Below, piece after piece: positions 54,449 through 62,351 of a stretch of DNA of 64,000 nt. The position numbers and the translations under genes are program-made. The stretch's first letter is position 1, and each line of letters starts with the position of its first letter. The DNA lies in the sequence record LR535910.1, one strand, 5' to 3'. The notes under the pieces are model-generated. The model made no database searches. It saw only the letters and a list, made by a program, of their open reading frames with translations, and had not been told where the DNA came from.

Positions 54449-55267
54449 GTGATAAGACCAATTTTAAAATGGATGGGCGGTAAGAGTCGTGTACTGCCCG
54501 AGCTTCTACAGGTGCTTCCGGATGCTGAGTATTTCGTTGAACCGTTTGTGGGTGCAGGGTCAGTGTTTTTAAACACTAAATACCCGAACTATATTCTCGG
54601 CGACACGAACCCGGACTTAATCGAGTTACTAACCATGGCGCGCGATCGTCCGGAAGCGTTGATACTGGAAGCAAAGGCGCTCTTTGCAAATGGGCTGGAC
54701 CGCGGTCTGTACATGAAACGGCGTGAGGAATTTAACAGCGAGACAACCACGGGGAAACCTAATCTCCAGCGCGCTGCGATGTTCCTGTATCTTACACGTC
54801 ATGGTTACAACGGCTTGTGCAGATACAATCAGTCGGGTGGGTTTAACGTGCCCTATGGTCAACATCCGAACGGTGTCTATTTCCCTGAAGAGGAAATTCT
54901 GGCGTGGGCAAAACGTTGTTCGGAAACCAACGTCGAGCTGCTCTGCGCCGACTTCCGCGACATCCTAAATAAGTGCCCATCTAACGCAGTGATATACGCT
55001 GACCCGCCATACATCCCACTTTCGGATACGGCTAAACATGCGCAGTATCACAGCAAGGAATTTTCACAAGCTGACCACCGCGAGTTAGCGAAACTTTTAA
55101 AACAACAAGCTGCCGATGGCAATAAGGTCGTTCTGTCAAACGCAGATACGTTACTCACACGTGACATCTACTACGGTTTTACCTGGCGTGAAGTTCAGGT
55201 GGGTCGATATATGTCCGCCGATGCGAATAAACGTAAAGCGGTGACAGAGCTAATCGGCACCTTATAA
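54449..55267 (+). CDS. dam: DNA adenine methyltransferase, Dam family
   Basis: LKWMGGKSR, EPFVGAGSVFL, GYNGLCRYN..GGFNVPYG, YADPPY. Confidence 0.95.
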   Translation: MIRPILKWMGGKSRVLPELLQVLPDAEYFVEPFVGAGSVFLNTKYPNYILGDTNPDLIELLTMARDRPEALILEAKALFANGLDRGLYMKRREEFNSETTTGKPNLQRAAMFLYLTRHGYNGLCRYNQSGGFNVPYGQHPNGVYFPEEEILAWAKRCSETNVELLCADFRDILNKCPSNAVIYADPPYIPLSDTAKHAQYHSKEFSQADHRELAKLLKQQAADGNKVVLSNADTLLTRDIYYGFTWREVQVGRYMSADANKRKAVTELIGTL

Positions 55268-55276
55268 GGTACCAAC

Positions 55277-56080
55277 ATGCAACTATTTAATCTATACGGT
55301 ATGGACAAAAATGACCTGACCGTAGAGTTTAGTGGTCGATTGACCACCTTGGGGCAACTCCGTGAACGGATTCAAGATTTGCGACCCGTCGCAGACCAAG
55401 AAGACGATCATTGGTTAGTGTTGAGCAATAGCGGTCGTGCGCAAATGTATTTTCGTGGATGTCGTTCAGGTATTGTTTACTACATCTACGAGTTGCACGT
55501 GCTTTCCGAGCCCCTGTTCCACGAGTGGAAGCGTTTAACGCGACTCCTGGAAGTGCAGATGCTTGATATCACCTGTTTTCCGCATGACACCGAACATGCG
55601 GCATTGTACCAACGACTGGGGTTCGAAGCTGTAACGAAGCGCGTGGAGATTACTGTCAGTCCGAAATACGGTTTTACGTCAGACCCATCGGTTGTCCCGT
55701 TGGAGACATTGTCATTAGAACAAACCCAGGATGTTTGCTATCTAATGCGACCTACGCTAAAAGACGCAGGAACGCGTGAGATGCTGGGTGAATTAGCAAA
55801 TGGTTTTGTCTCTGCGTTCGTGGGGTTGCACGGTCAGAAACCGTTTTCATTAATGCTTTATAAGGAGTTCCCGAAGAGCATCATTACTGAGCAATTCTGC
55901 TGCCAAACTTTTGACCCGATTGCCTACTCGGTAGAGTTTCTAAAACACTACCACGCCATTTTGCATTTGGCGGGACAGAAAGGTAAGAAGGTCAACATGG
56001 GTGTTGCGATAGAGCACGAGTTTCCTTCTATCGAAGGGTTAGAGTATCGTGTAATCACGCATCACTACACCCTTGCGTAA
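55277..56080 (+). CDS. Degenerate tandem-GNAT-fold protein
   Basis: 267 aa; LDITCFPHDTEHAALYQRLGF is a GNAT motif-B-like segment; no RxxGxG motif A. Confidence 0.6.
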   Translation: MQLFNLYGMDKNDLTVEFSGRLTTLGQLRERIQDLRPVADQEDDHWLVLSNSGRAQMYFRGCRSGIVYYIYELHVLSEPLFHEWKRLTRLLEVQMLDITCFPHDTEHAALYQRLGFEAVTKRVEITVSPKYGFTSDPSVVPLETLSLEQTQDVCYLMRPTLKDAGTREMLGELANGFVSAFVGLHGQKPFSLMLYKEFPKSIITEQFCCQTFDPIAYSVEFLKHYHAILHLAGQKGKKVNMGVAIEHEFPSIEGLEYRVITHHYTLA

Positions 56081-56089
56081 GGAGAGAAT

Positions 56090-56902
56090 ATGCTGAGAGT
56101 TATTGAACGCACGGAGAGGATTCTGGACCGAACGTGGTTGGAAGACCGTAAAGCGTTATCGTTGTTAAATGACATCGATCCTTCCACGTTACAAGATGAA
56201 CGTCGTCTTTACTACCGAATCTTTGAAGTTTTCAGTCGGGACACAGTTGCGCCCGACGCGATTGTACTCTGTCTGGACCACGGATACATGTTAGAAGTTA
56301 TCAACATGGTTCGTGCTTTAGACGCCCAGTTAACCTCGCTTGCGGATGCTTTACTCCGCTCAGCGGGGTGTAACTACGCGATGCATTTTACTCGTTCGGA
56401 AGGGGACGAATATGCTCGCATGGGCTTTTGTTGTGAAACGATAAACTACCGCAAAATTAATACATCGGTGCCTAGCCACGATGAGGATTTCTGCGGGGAT
56501 GTCAGTTCGTTGTTCGATAGTAAGAAAGCGTTCTTGGATTGGGTTAGGATGCTTTACGGTACAAGCTCTATCTACTCAACGCTCGTTATGGGCGGGAGGC
56601 TGATGTCATGGCGGAGCAGCGATAGTTACAAACTGACAGTGCTCTCACATCGTGGACAACGCTGGGTTATTGGTGGATGGTTTACCGCAGAAGGGGTGGT
56701 TACCCTAAGCCGTGAGGAGTTCGGACTGTTGATGCATTGTATCCAATCCGAATTACCGGTGGGGGATGAATTAGTTTACACTTACCACCAATATACTGGG
56801 GGACCAGCCGCAATGTGGTTATTAGAAAACGGTTGGCTACCCGAAAGTTATGTGTACGGACGTGCCCTGAAAACTACTAATGGAGAAAATAATGCAAATT
56901 AA
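56090..56902 (+). CDS. Degenerate tandem-GNAT-fold protein
   Basis: 270 aa; EYARMGF mid-protein and PAAMWLLENGW near the end both resemble GNAT C-terminal motifs; AAGGAG RBS. Confidence 0.5.
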   Translation: MLRVIERTERILDRTWLEDRKALSLLNDIDPSTLQDERRLYYRIFEVFSRDTVAPDAIVLCLDHGYMLEVINMVRALDAQLTSLADALLRSAGCNYAMHFTRSEGDEYARMGFCCETINYRKINTSVPSHDEDFCGDVSSLFDSKKAFLDWVRMLYGTSSIYSTLVMGGRLMSWRSSDSYKLTVLSHRGQRWVIGGWFTAEGVVTLSREEFGLLMHCIQSELPVGDELVYTYHQYTGGPAAMWLLENGWLPESYVYGRALKTTNGENNAN

Positions 56903-57170
56903 TCGTACAGTGTCGAAGTCTAAAGAAGTCGTTTACAACGTTGAAGACGGTGATGTAATGCAGTTCCGTGCCGTTATTGACGAACAGCACGTACTCCAAG
57001 TTGTTTATTCGAAAGAAGAGATGACTCGTGCACATAGTCGCGTGTTGGAAAAGCTCGTCGCGAAAGCCAAACAACGCGACGGCATTAAATCCTACAACGT
57101 TATGTACGGTTATCAGTTACGTGAGGTGGAAGGGGAGCTGTTAATCACCCCTGTTCCGGTAACGGCGTAA
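56892..57170 (+). CDS. Hypothetical protein
   Basis: 92 aa from ATG 56892 with GGAG RBS. Confidence 0.8.
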   Translation: MQINRTVSKSKEVVYNVEDGDVMQFRAVIDEQHVLQVVYSKEEMTRAHSRVLEKLVAKAKQRDGIKSYNVMYGYQLREVEGELLITPVPVTA

Positions 57171-57210
57171 TTCGCCATTGTATGACCCTTAAACACCGTT
57201 GAGGTTAACT

Positions 57211-57693
57211 ATGGATATGATCGAATTAGGTCAGCTCCCTCAGCACGATTTCGATTTAGGCGTGCGCCATGAGGAAGGGGCCGACGCGAACACACTAATG
57301 GCCCGCTACTACGAGCTACTGACCGGTCAACCGTTGGACGATGAACACATCAACCGTTTTGAAAAACTGTTGGCACAACTCATCACCTCTAACGCAGAAC
57401 GCATTGGCATGTTGAACGAAATGAACTTTGCCGATGTAGAGCCGTCTGACGCTCAGAAGATTCTTATCGATGGTCCTGTGCCAAGCGATGAAGTACAAGA
57501 CCTTCTGGCAGGTATCCGTGCAGGCTTCGATGAAGCTGCTGAGAAATACGCGGAAGAGCTGGCAGATGTCGATTTGGCTGCGCCGGTTGACCCGAATCCG
57601 TCTGCAGAGGAGACGGCGGCTGCGAAATTGAAACTCGCGCGCTTTATCTGCGCAGCCGTCCTGACAGACGACCGCGAAGAAAACCAACTGTAA
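57211..57693 (+). CDS. Acidic helical hypothetical protein, possibly virion
   Basis: 160 aa from ATG 57211 with GAGG RBS; TATG at 57181 upstream. Confidence 0.8.
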   Translation: MDMIELGQLPQHDFDLGVRHEEGADANTLMARYYELLTGQPLDDEHINRFEKLLAQLITSNAERIGMLNEMNFADVEPSDAQKILIDGPVPSDEVQDLLAGIRAGFDEAAEKYAEELADVDLAAPVDPNPSAEETAAAKLKLARFICAAVLTDDREENQL

Positions 57694-57699
57694 GGTTTG

Positions 57700-57736
57700 C
57701 CTCCTTGCCCACGGGTAAGGAGGTCCCTTTTTATTT
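57700..57736 (+). terminator. Intrinsic terminator
   Basis: CCTCCTTGCC-CACG-GGTAAGGAGG plus T-tract. Confidence 0.75.
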
Positions 57737-57757
57737 ACATCAGTCCACTAACTTATG
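57735..57757 (+). promoter_or_regulatory. TTAC-N15-TATG putative middle promoter
   Basis: TTAC 57735-38, TATG 57754-57. Confidence 0.55.
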
Positions 57758-57789
57758 TGAAACAACCCACGTAAAGAGGAATTAAGAGA

Positions 57790-58107
57790 ATGTGGTTAAG
57801 TGCTATTCATCGTGACCTGCCGAAACGTGAAGTAACTCTTTCTGTCGATGCGGAACCGATTACTGTCGGCGTCGCTAACTTCGACCGCATGGAAGAAGGG
57901 CAGTATGTCGTGGTGGACAACGATGAAAACGAATTCATGTTATTCCATCCCGAAGTCGATGCGTCTGAAATCCGCGAGGGTTCTATCTTATTTTCTTGGC
58001 AAGACAAAGAAACTAAACAGTGGATGTGGTGTGTTGCTAACACAACCAATGAAAAAGGTACCGCGTATACCCCAGGACAGCTTCATGTCGAGCCTAAACC
58101 ACACTGA
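57790..58107 (+). CDS. Hypothetical protein
   Basis: 105 aa; GAGGA RBS. Confidence 0.8.
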   Translation: MWLSAIHRDLPKREVTLSVDAEPITVGVANFDRMEEGQYVVVDNDENEFMLFHPEVDASEIREGSILFSWQDKETKQWMWCVANTTNEKGTAYTPGQLHVEPKPH

Positions 58108-58146
58108 TAGTGTGTGCGCTTAGAGATGATGGTCTAACGCACGACT

Positions 58147-58171
58147 TTTCAGATAGATGTTATTTTACTGA
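58147..58171 (+). promoter_or_regulatory. Early promoter variant
   Basis: TTTCAGATAGATGTTATTTTACTGA aligns to consensus; follows a hairpin at 58114-58142. Confidence 0.6.
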
Positions 58172-58199
58172 ACCTAACTGTAAAGAAAGGAAAAAGTAG

Positions 58200-58505
58200 A
58201 TGGCTAAACAATACACAATTGTCAAACGTGCAGGTACGACTCTGCTGTACGTGGAGAAAGGTTGTGAGAACACTGCAACCGCCAAGAAACTGAATCTGCA
58301 AGGGTTTCTGTATCAAGGTCTCCGCGCGGGTTTGACCATCACTTTTAAAGGCTTACCACAGGCGAAGAATCTGCGCGTCGTACGTGCAGACGGTGTAGAG
58401 CGTGCCTTGGTAGCCGACACCCCGGTTGATACTATCCCTGCCACTAAGAAGGCAGCGAAAGCAACCAAGAAAGTCGTCGATAAACGCAAACGCGTTGTCG
58501 CTTAA
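58200..58505 (+). CDS. Small basic protein with Lys/Ala-rich tail
   Basis: 101 aa; ends ATKKAAKATKKVVDKRKRVVA; AAGGA RBS. Confidence 0.85.
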   Translation: MAKQYTIVKRAGTTLLYVEKGCENTATAKKLNLQGFLYQGLRAGLTITFKGLPQAKNLRVVRADGVERALVADTPVDTIPATKKAAKATKKVVDKRKRVVA

Positions 58506-58511
58506 GTAGTC

Positions 58512-58551
58512 CCCTACCTAACTTCGGTTAGGTAGGGTTCTTTTTATTTTT
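58512..58551 (+). terminator. Intrinsic terminator
   Basis: CCCTACCTAAC-TTCG-GTTAGGTAGGG plus T-tract. Confidence 0.9.
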
Positions 58552-58571
58552 AACCCTCTGGGGGATATACC

Positions 58572-59024
58572 ATGTTTCAATGTTCAGTCGTCAATGATGC
58601 GGAATTGGCCGTGTACAAGCAGCGCACAATCCGGGCGCTGGATGCTGAAAAACCAGTCGATCTTAAAACGCGTGCAATCATTAGGGCATTTAGCGAATGG
58701 CCGAACATCGCAACCGTTTGGGCATTCACGGGAGAAGTTCGCAAAGACGGAGACAAGCTTCGTACACGTAGACACCACAGCTTAACATTTGTGGCAACCG
58801 TGGCGGGTCTTAAAGACATTAACCATTTATTAGAAGGATGGCAGCCGCACGAGTACGGGAAACGTTTTCAGTTAAACTTTACTTGGCTGCGTCAAGAAGG
58901 CAATGCGAATCTCTGTTATCCAAGCTGGACGTTTAGACTCAACTATCGACCCGACCCAGATGTGATGGAAAGTGTGATGGAGCACTGGCTCGCACTCGCA
59001 ATTTTTACAGAACACAACCATTAA
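58572..59024 (+). CDS. Hypothetical protein
   Basis: 150 aa; GGGGGA RBS. Confidence 0.8.
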   Translation: MFQCSVVNDAELAVYKQRTIRALDAEKPVDLKTRAIIRAFSEWPNIATVWAFTGEVRKDGDKLRTRRHHSLTFVATVAGLKDINHLLEGWQPHEYGKRFQLNFTWLRQEGNANLCYPSWTFRLNYRPDPDVMESVMEHWLALAIFTEHNH

Positions 59025-59052
59025 ATGAAGACACCCTTAAGGAGAATTAAAG

Positions 59053-59523
59053 ATGCCAGTTTTATACGGCGGCGTGGACCTGGATGTTCTGGGTCGGTTT
59101 AAACTACGAACGTCTAAGGCGCTCGTAAACGGTTGGGTTGAGAAAGGCGTACGGGATGCGTGTGAGGTCATTTGTAGTTATCCTGGTGACACGACAATGT
59201 GGTCGTGTCACGGACACGGACCGTATTCTAAAAAGAACACACCGGGGGAATTTCATGTGGTGTTCGTTCTTGGCATCGGCTTTGAACACAAAGCACATGA
59301 GCTTGTCGCTGAGTTAATGAAAGCGGATATTCCGCCACTGTGGGATTTGTGCATGGCGAGACTCTTGTACCCTGATGAGGATTTCGTCTACGACCTCAGC
59401 GAGATCACCCTGAAGAACACGTATAACGCATGGAAAATAACGTATCGGCATCTGCATACCGAACAAACTCTTCGCGAAATTCGTAAAGTATTCCACACTG
59501 TCTGTAAAAAGGTTTTTAAGTAA
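59053..59523 (+). CDS. Hypothetical protein with TYW3-like TxxSCxGH motif
   Basis: 156 aa; EKGVRDACEVICSYPGDTTMWSCHGHG; TAAGGAG RBS. Confidence 0.6.
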   Translation: MPVLYGGVDLDVLGRFKLRTSKALVNGWVEKGVRDACEVICSYPGDTTMWSCHGHGPYSKKNTPGEFHVVFVLGIGFEHKAHELVAELMKADIPPLWDLCMARLLYPDEDFVYDLSEITLKNTYNAWKITYRHLHTEQTLREIRKVFHTVCKKVFK

Positions 59524-60221
59524 TGGCTAAGCAAAAGAAACCCCGTAACAAAAAGTATAACCCAAAAGCTGCTACAGAGCGTACAGCGCACACCATCGCT
59601 GAAAACGCACTGAACCGCATCACCTTTATTGGCAGCTCCATTCGCCGCCTCGGCCCGTACGCGGGCCGCGGTTTTCACTTTACAGCAAGTCCACGTATTC
59701 GTGCTATCGCTACAGACATGTTAGTCGGCGGATTGTTCGACCAACCGCGCCCATGGCACCTGTGGGTGATGCACCTCACCGAACTCGACAGCGGTGAGGT
59801 TGTGACTGAATCTGCTGTCGCCACGCTTGACGATTATACACTGGCTGATTTCTGCGAACATGCCGAAGAGCTGGTTAAATCGCTACGTCCTGAACAGGAA
59901 GAAGGGAAATATTTCGGTTATGCGTTTGTGGCCGCCCCGAACGAGCGGTACGACTTCAAAGCGGAAGAAGACCAACTCATTGAAAACTTCATGCATTCTG
60001 GACTACTTGATACGTCGTTACATCTGTCGGAAGAACAGCAGTTCGTTAGTCGTGCAGATATGGCAAAGTTACTTGTTGGTTATACTCGGAAGTTTGACGT
60101 GACCGTTGAACATGTCAAAGAAGTACCAGAGATTGTGAGCAAGAAAGACGAGGTGGTGCTTCCGGTTGACGAGGTTGCCAGTAAAGTAGCGACTGCGATA
60201 GGGGCAACGGGGGATTACTGA
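59523..60221 (+). CDS. Hypothetical protein with basic N-terminus
   Basis: 232 aa; MAKQKKPRNKKYNPK; TAATG coupling. Confidence 0.85.
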   Translation: MAKQKKPRNKKYNPKAATERTAHTIAENALNRITFIGSSIRRLGPYAGRGFHFTASPRIRAIATDMLVGGLFDQPRPWHLWVMHLTELDSGEVVTESAVATLDDYTLADFCEHAEELVKSLRPEQEEGKYFGYAFVAAPNERYDFKAEEDQLIENFMHSGLLDTSLHLSEEQQFVSRADMAKLLVGYTRKFDVTVEHVKEVPEIVSKKDEVVLPVDEVASKVATAIGATGDY

Positions 60222-60430
60222 TGAACTTACGTTGGCCTATCGCCGCGGCGGTGCTGTTTTGTATTTATATCGCAATCAGTACCAGCACTCGTACTGCGGA
60301 ACGTCGAGAGACCGCAACCAGCACGTTTAGGATGTGCATTGACCGTGTGGACCCGAACAGTGACACTTATCCTGATGCGGTGGATGCGTGTCGTAAAGCG
60401 GTTGCCATGATACTCAAAGAAGAAAATTAA
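60221..60430 (+). CDS. Small membrane-anchored protein with Cys pair
   Basis: 69 aa; N-terminal hydrophobic helix; FRMC...DAVDAC. Confidence 0.8.
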   Translation: MNLRWPIAAAVLFCIYIAISTSTRTAERRETATSTFRMCIDRVDPNSDTYPDAVDACRKAVAMILKEEN

Positions 60431-60516
60431 TGGAGAATTTAACGCCGATTGAGATAGTGGCGCTATTGACCCTAGGTTACATGGATTTGATTTTAACCCC
60501 ATTAATTATCGAGTGA
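60430..60516 (+). CDS. 28-aa hydrophobic peptide (not in track)
   Basis: MENLTPIEIVALLTLGYMDLILTPLIIE; start overlaps upstream stop (TAATG) and fills the gap to the next gene. Confidence 0.55.
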   Translation: MENLTPIEIVALLTLGYMDLILTPLIIE

Positions 60517-60520
60517 ATAA

Positions 60521-61006
60521 ATGAAACTACAAACCGAGGTTAAGGAAATACCCGCACAAACCGTGGCATCCGCGAGTGGACTGATACTGTCTATACCGTG
60601 CGACGAATTTAAAGACTCGGCCCGTCCCGACGAAACGATATCGTTAGCATTACGTCGCGGACACGTTTTCTGTGAATTCGACGCGCCTGTGATTAAACCG
60701 TGTCAATCGTTCGGGGAAGTAAAGGCCGCCATTGATCGGATACGTTGTATTGAACTCGTACGCGTTTGCGGTTATGTATCGAACGTCTGCTATGGCGTTG
60801 TCGATGGTTACTTTCAACTCCGCGGTGAATTCACACCACACGGCCCACTCAAAGCGTTAGCGATTGAAGTGATGCGTGCAGGCACCATCATGATTTCTCC
60901 ACGTATAGAACTCGATGGATATGGGAAGATTGTTTGCATCCCATCTTTCGATGTTGTGGCAGAAGAAACCCCACGTTATCAATTTCTACGTACGGTGAAA
61001 CAATGA
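60521..61006 (+). CDS. Truncated, probably inactive paralog of the phiKZ-type prohead serine protease
   Basis: 161 aa; LRRGHVFCEFDAP, RIRCIE..V, LRGEFTPHGP, ISPR, PSFDVV follow the gp175-type motif order, but the ExxHP His is Ala. Confidence 0.6.
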   Translation: MKLQTEVKEIPAQTVASASGLILSIPCDEFKDSARPDETISLALRRGHVFCEFDAPVIKPCQSFGEVKAAIDRIRCIELVRVCGYVSNVCYGVVDGYFQLRGEFTPHGPLKALAIEVMRAGTIMISPRIELDGYGKIVCIPSFDVVAEETPRYQFLRTVKQ

Positions 61007-61335
61007 AGAAAGTTTTAGTTCTGTTAGGCGCACTCGTTGCGCCTATGGTTGCCCACGCTGCGGACAAACCACTCTTACTCGACCAGGATGTTTACGAACG
61101 TGTATTCCTGGAATGCGCTAAAACCTTTAACGGACCACAGAAGACAACCTTTAACGATTTGGACGAAGCGTTAGAGGTCTGCCGTGACACTGCAAAAGAA
61201 ATCGCGGTACGTCAAGGAACCCTCAAAATGGCAGTGGGAAGCAACTGGGAAGAAGTGCAGGTGATGGAAAAACCGGGTTACATGGTCGACCTGAACGCTA
61301 AGTTGATGCGTGAAGAAAAACAGAAACAAAAGTGA
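61003..61335 (+). CDS. Predicted exported protein with Cys pair
   Basis: 110 aa from ATG 61003; signal peptide MKKVLVLLGALVAPMVAHA; VFLEC...FNDLDEALEVC. Confidence 0.8.
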   Translation: MKKVLVLLGALVAPMVAHAADKPLLLDQDVYERVFLECAKTFNGPQKTTFNDLDEALEVCRDTAKEIAVRQGTLKMAVGSNWEEVQVMEKPGYMVDLNAKLMREEKQKQK

Positions 61336-61343
61336 GGTAAAGG

Positions 61344-62351
61344 ATGACGAAGCTCGTTTCGTTTTCAGCAGGGTTGGATTCCACCTGGATAATGTATCAG
61401 CTGTTATGCAAAGCACCGGCCAATGAAGCACGACATGTCCGTCCTGCGTATTTCTCCATGTGGAATGGAGGTAACGCGAACTTCATGGAAATTCTTTGTA
61501 GTGTGGCCATTGTTGAACGGTTGATGGATAGACACCATGCACAAACCGATCATGTTACATGGGCGGTGCTCGGGGAAGAGAACTTCCCGCCTGTCGTTAC
61601 CGCTGGATACGCTAACGGCTGGTCGCCTCTGGTTCAGCAAGGCAATGTTGTTAACGGACTCGCTAAACTGATGTGCGACATTACACGCAAACAGCACCAC
61701 GCCTATGCAGTTGTTGGTTGGAATAAGCTAGATGCGTTGGAGAATAGTCTAGAGCTGGGAGATTGGACATTAGACGAGTACGCTCGCTTAAAGAACCTCT
61801 ATAGCGAATTGATGTATTTCCAAGATCATGCCGGTCGCGTTCCACCGCTTCTAACACCTGCGTGGGATAAAGAGAAACTGGAAATGTGGCAGGAGTTGCC
61901 GGAAGACATTCGTAGATTGGTGCAGGTCAGTAACTACAACAACTACGAATTCGCGATAGACCGTGAGAATAACGTGCTCGTCGTTTATGCCCATCCGTCG
62001 GCAAAGTCGCAGAATTATCGTAGTCTTGGTATTACACCGTCTGTGGGATGGGAGATTAAAATTAACGATGCTTACAGACGGGTATGGTGTTCTGCTCTCG
62101 GTAGTGCTATTTCTGCTATGGGTTTGGACGTACCGACTTTTGCTAACTTTAAGGACCCGAAAAGAAATCACACGACCTTTACGGTAAGTGAAGATACTGA
62201 CCGGTTATGTATCACATCGTTTACCGCGGAAGAGTGGTGCGCGTATGCGCCACATTTTAAAGCGCTTCAGGAGAAAGAAAAAGAGATAGCGAAAAATGCC
62301 AAAGCAAGTAAAGCTGTGGACGCTCCAACTGGCGAAGTGGCGGATAGCTGA
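61344..62351 (+). CDS. QueC-like PP-loop (adenine nucleotide alpha hydrolase) protein, divergent
   Basis: LVSFSAGLDST (SGGxDS variant), VVGWNKLD, LLTPAWDKEKLEM in QueC order; no Cys zinc cluster; GAGG RBS. Confidence 0.7.
   Translation: MTKLVSFSAGLDSTWIMYQLLCKAPANEARHVRPAYFSMWNGGNANFMEILCSVAIVERLMDRHHAQTDHVTWAVLGEENFPPVVTAGYANGWSPLVQQGNVVNGLAKLMCDITRKQHHAYAVVGWNKLDALENSLELGDWTLDEYARLKNLYSELMYFQDHAGRVPPLLTPAWDKEKLEMWQELPEDIRRLVQVSNYNNYEFAIDRENNVLVVYAHPSAKSQNYRSLGITPSVGWEIKINDAYRRVWCSALGSAISAMGLDVPTFANFKDPKRNHTTFTVSEDTDRLCITSFTAEEWCAYAPHFKALQEKEKEIAKNAKASKAVDAPTGEVADS

Noticed and set aside
58108-58146. Possible tRNA or structured RNA in the spacer
   Set aside because: Only one hairpin (GTGCG-C-TTAGA...TCTAA-CGCAC) with a short T-run; no cloverleaf, T-loop or CCA; best read as a terminator
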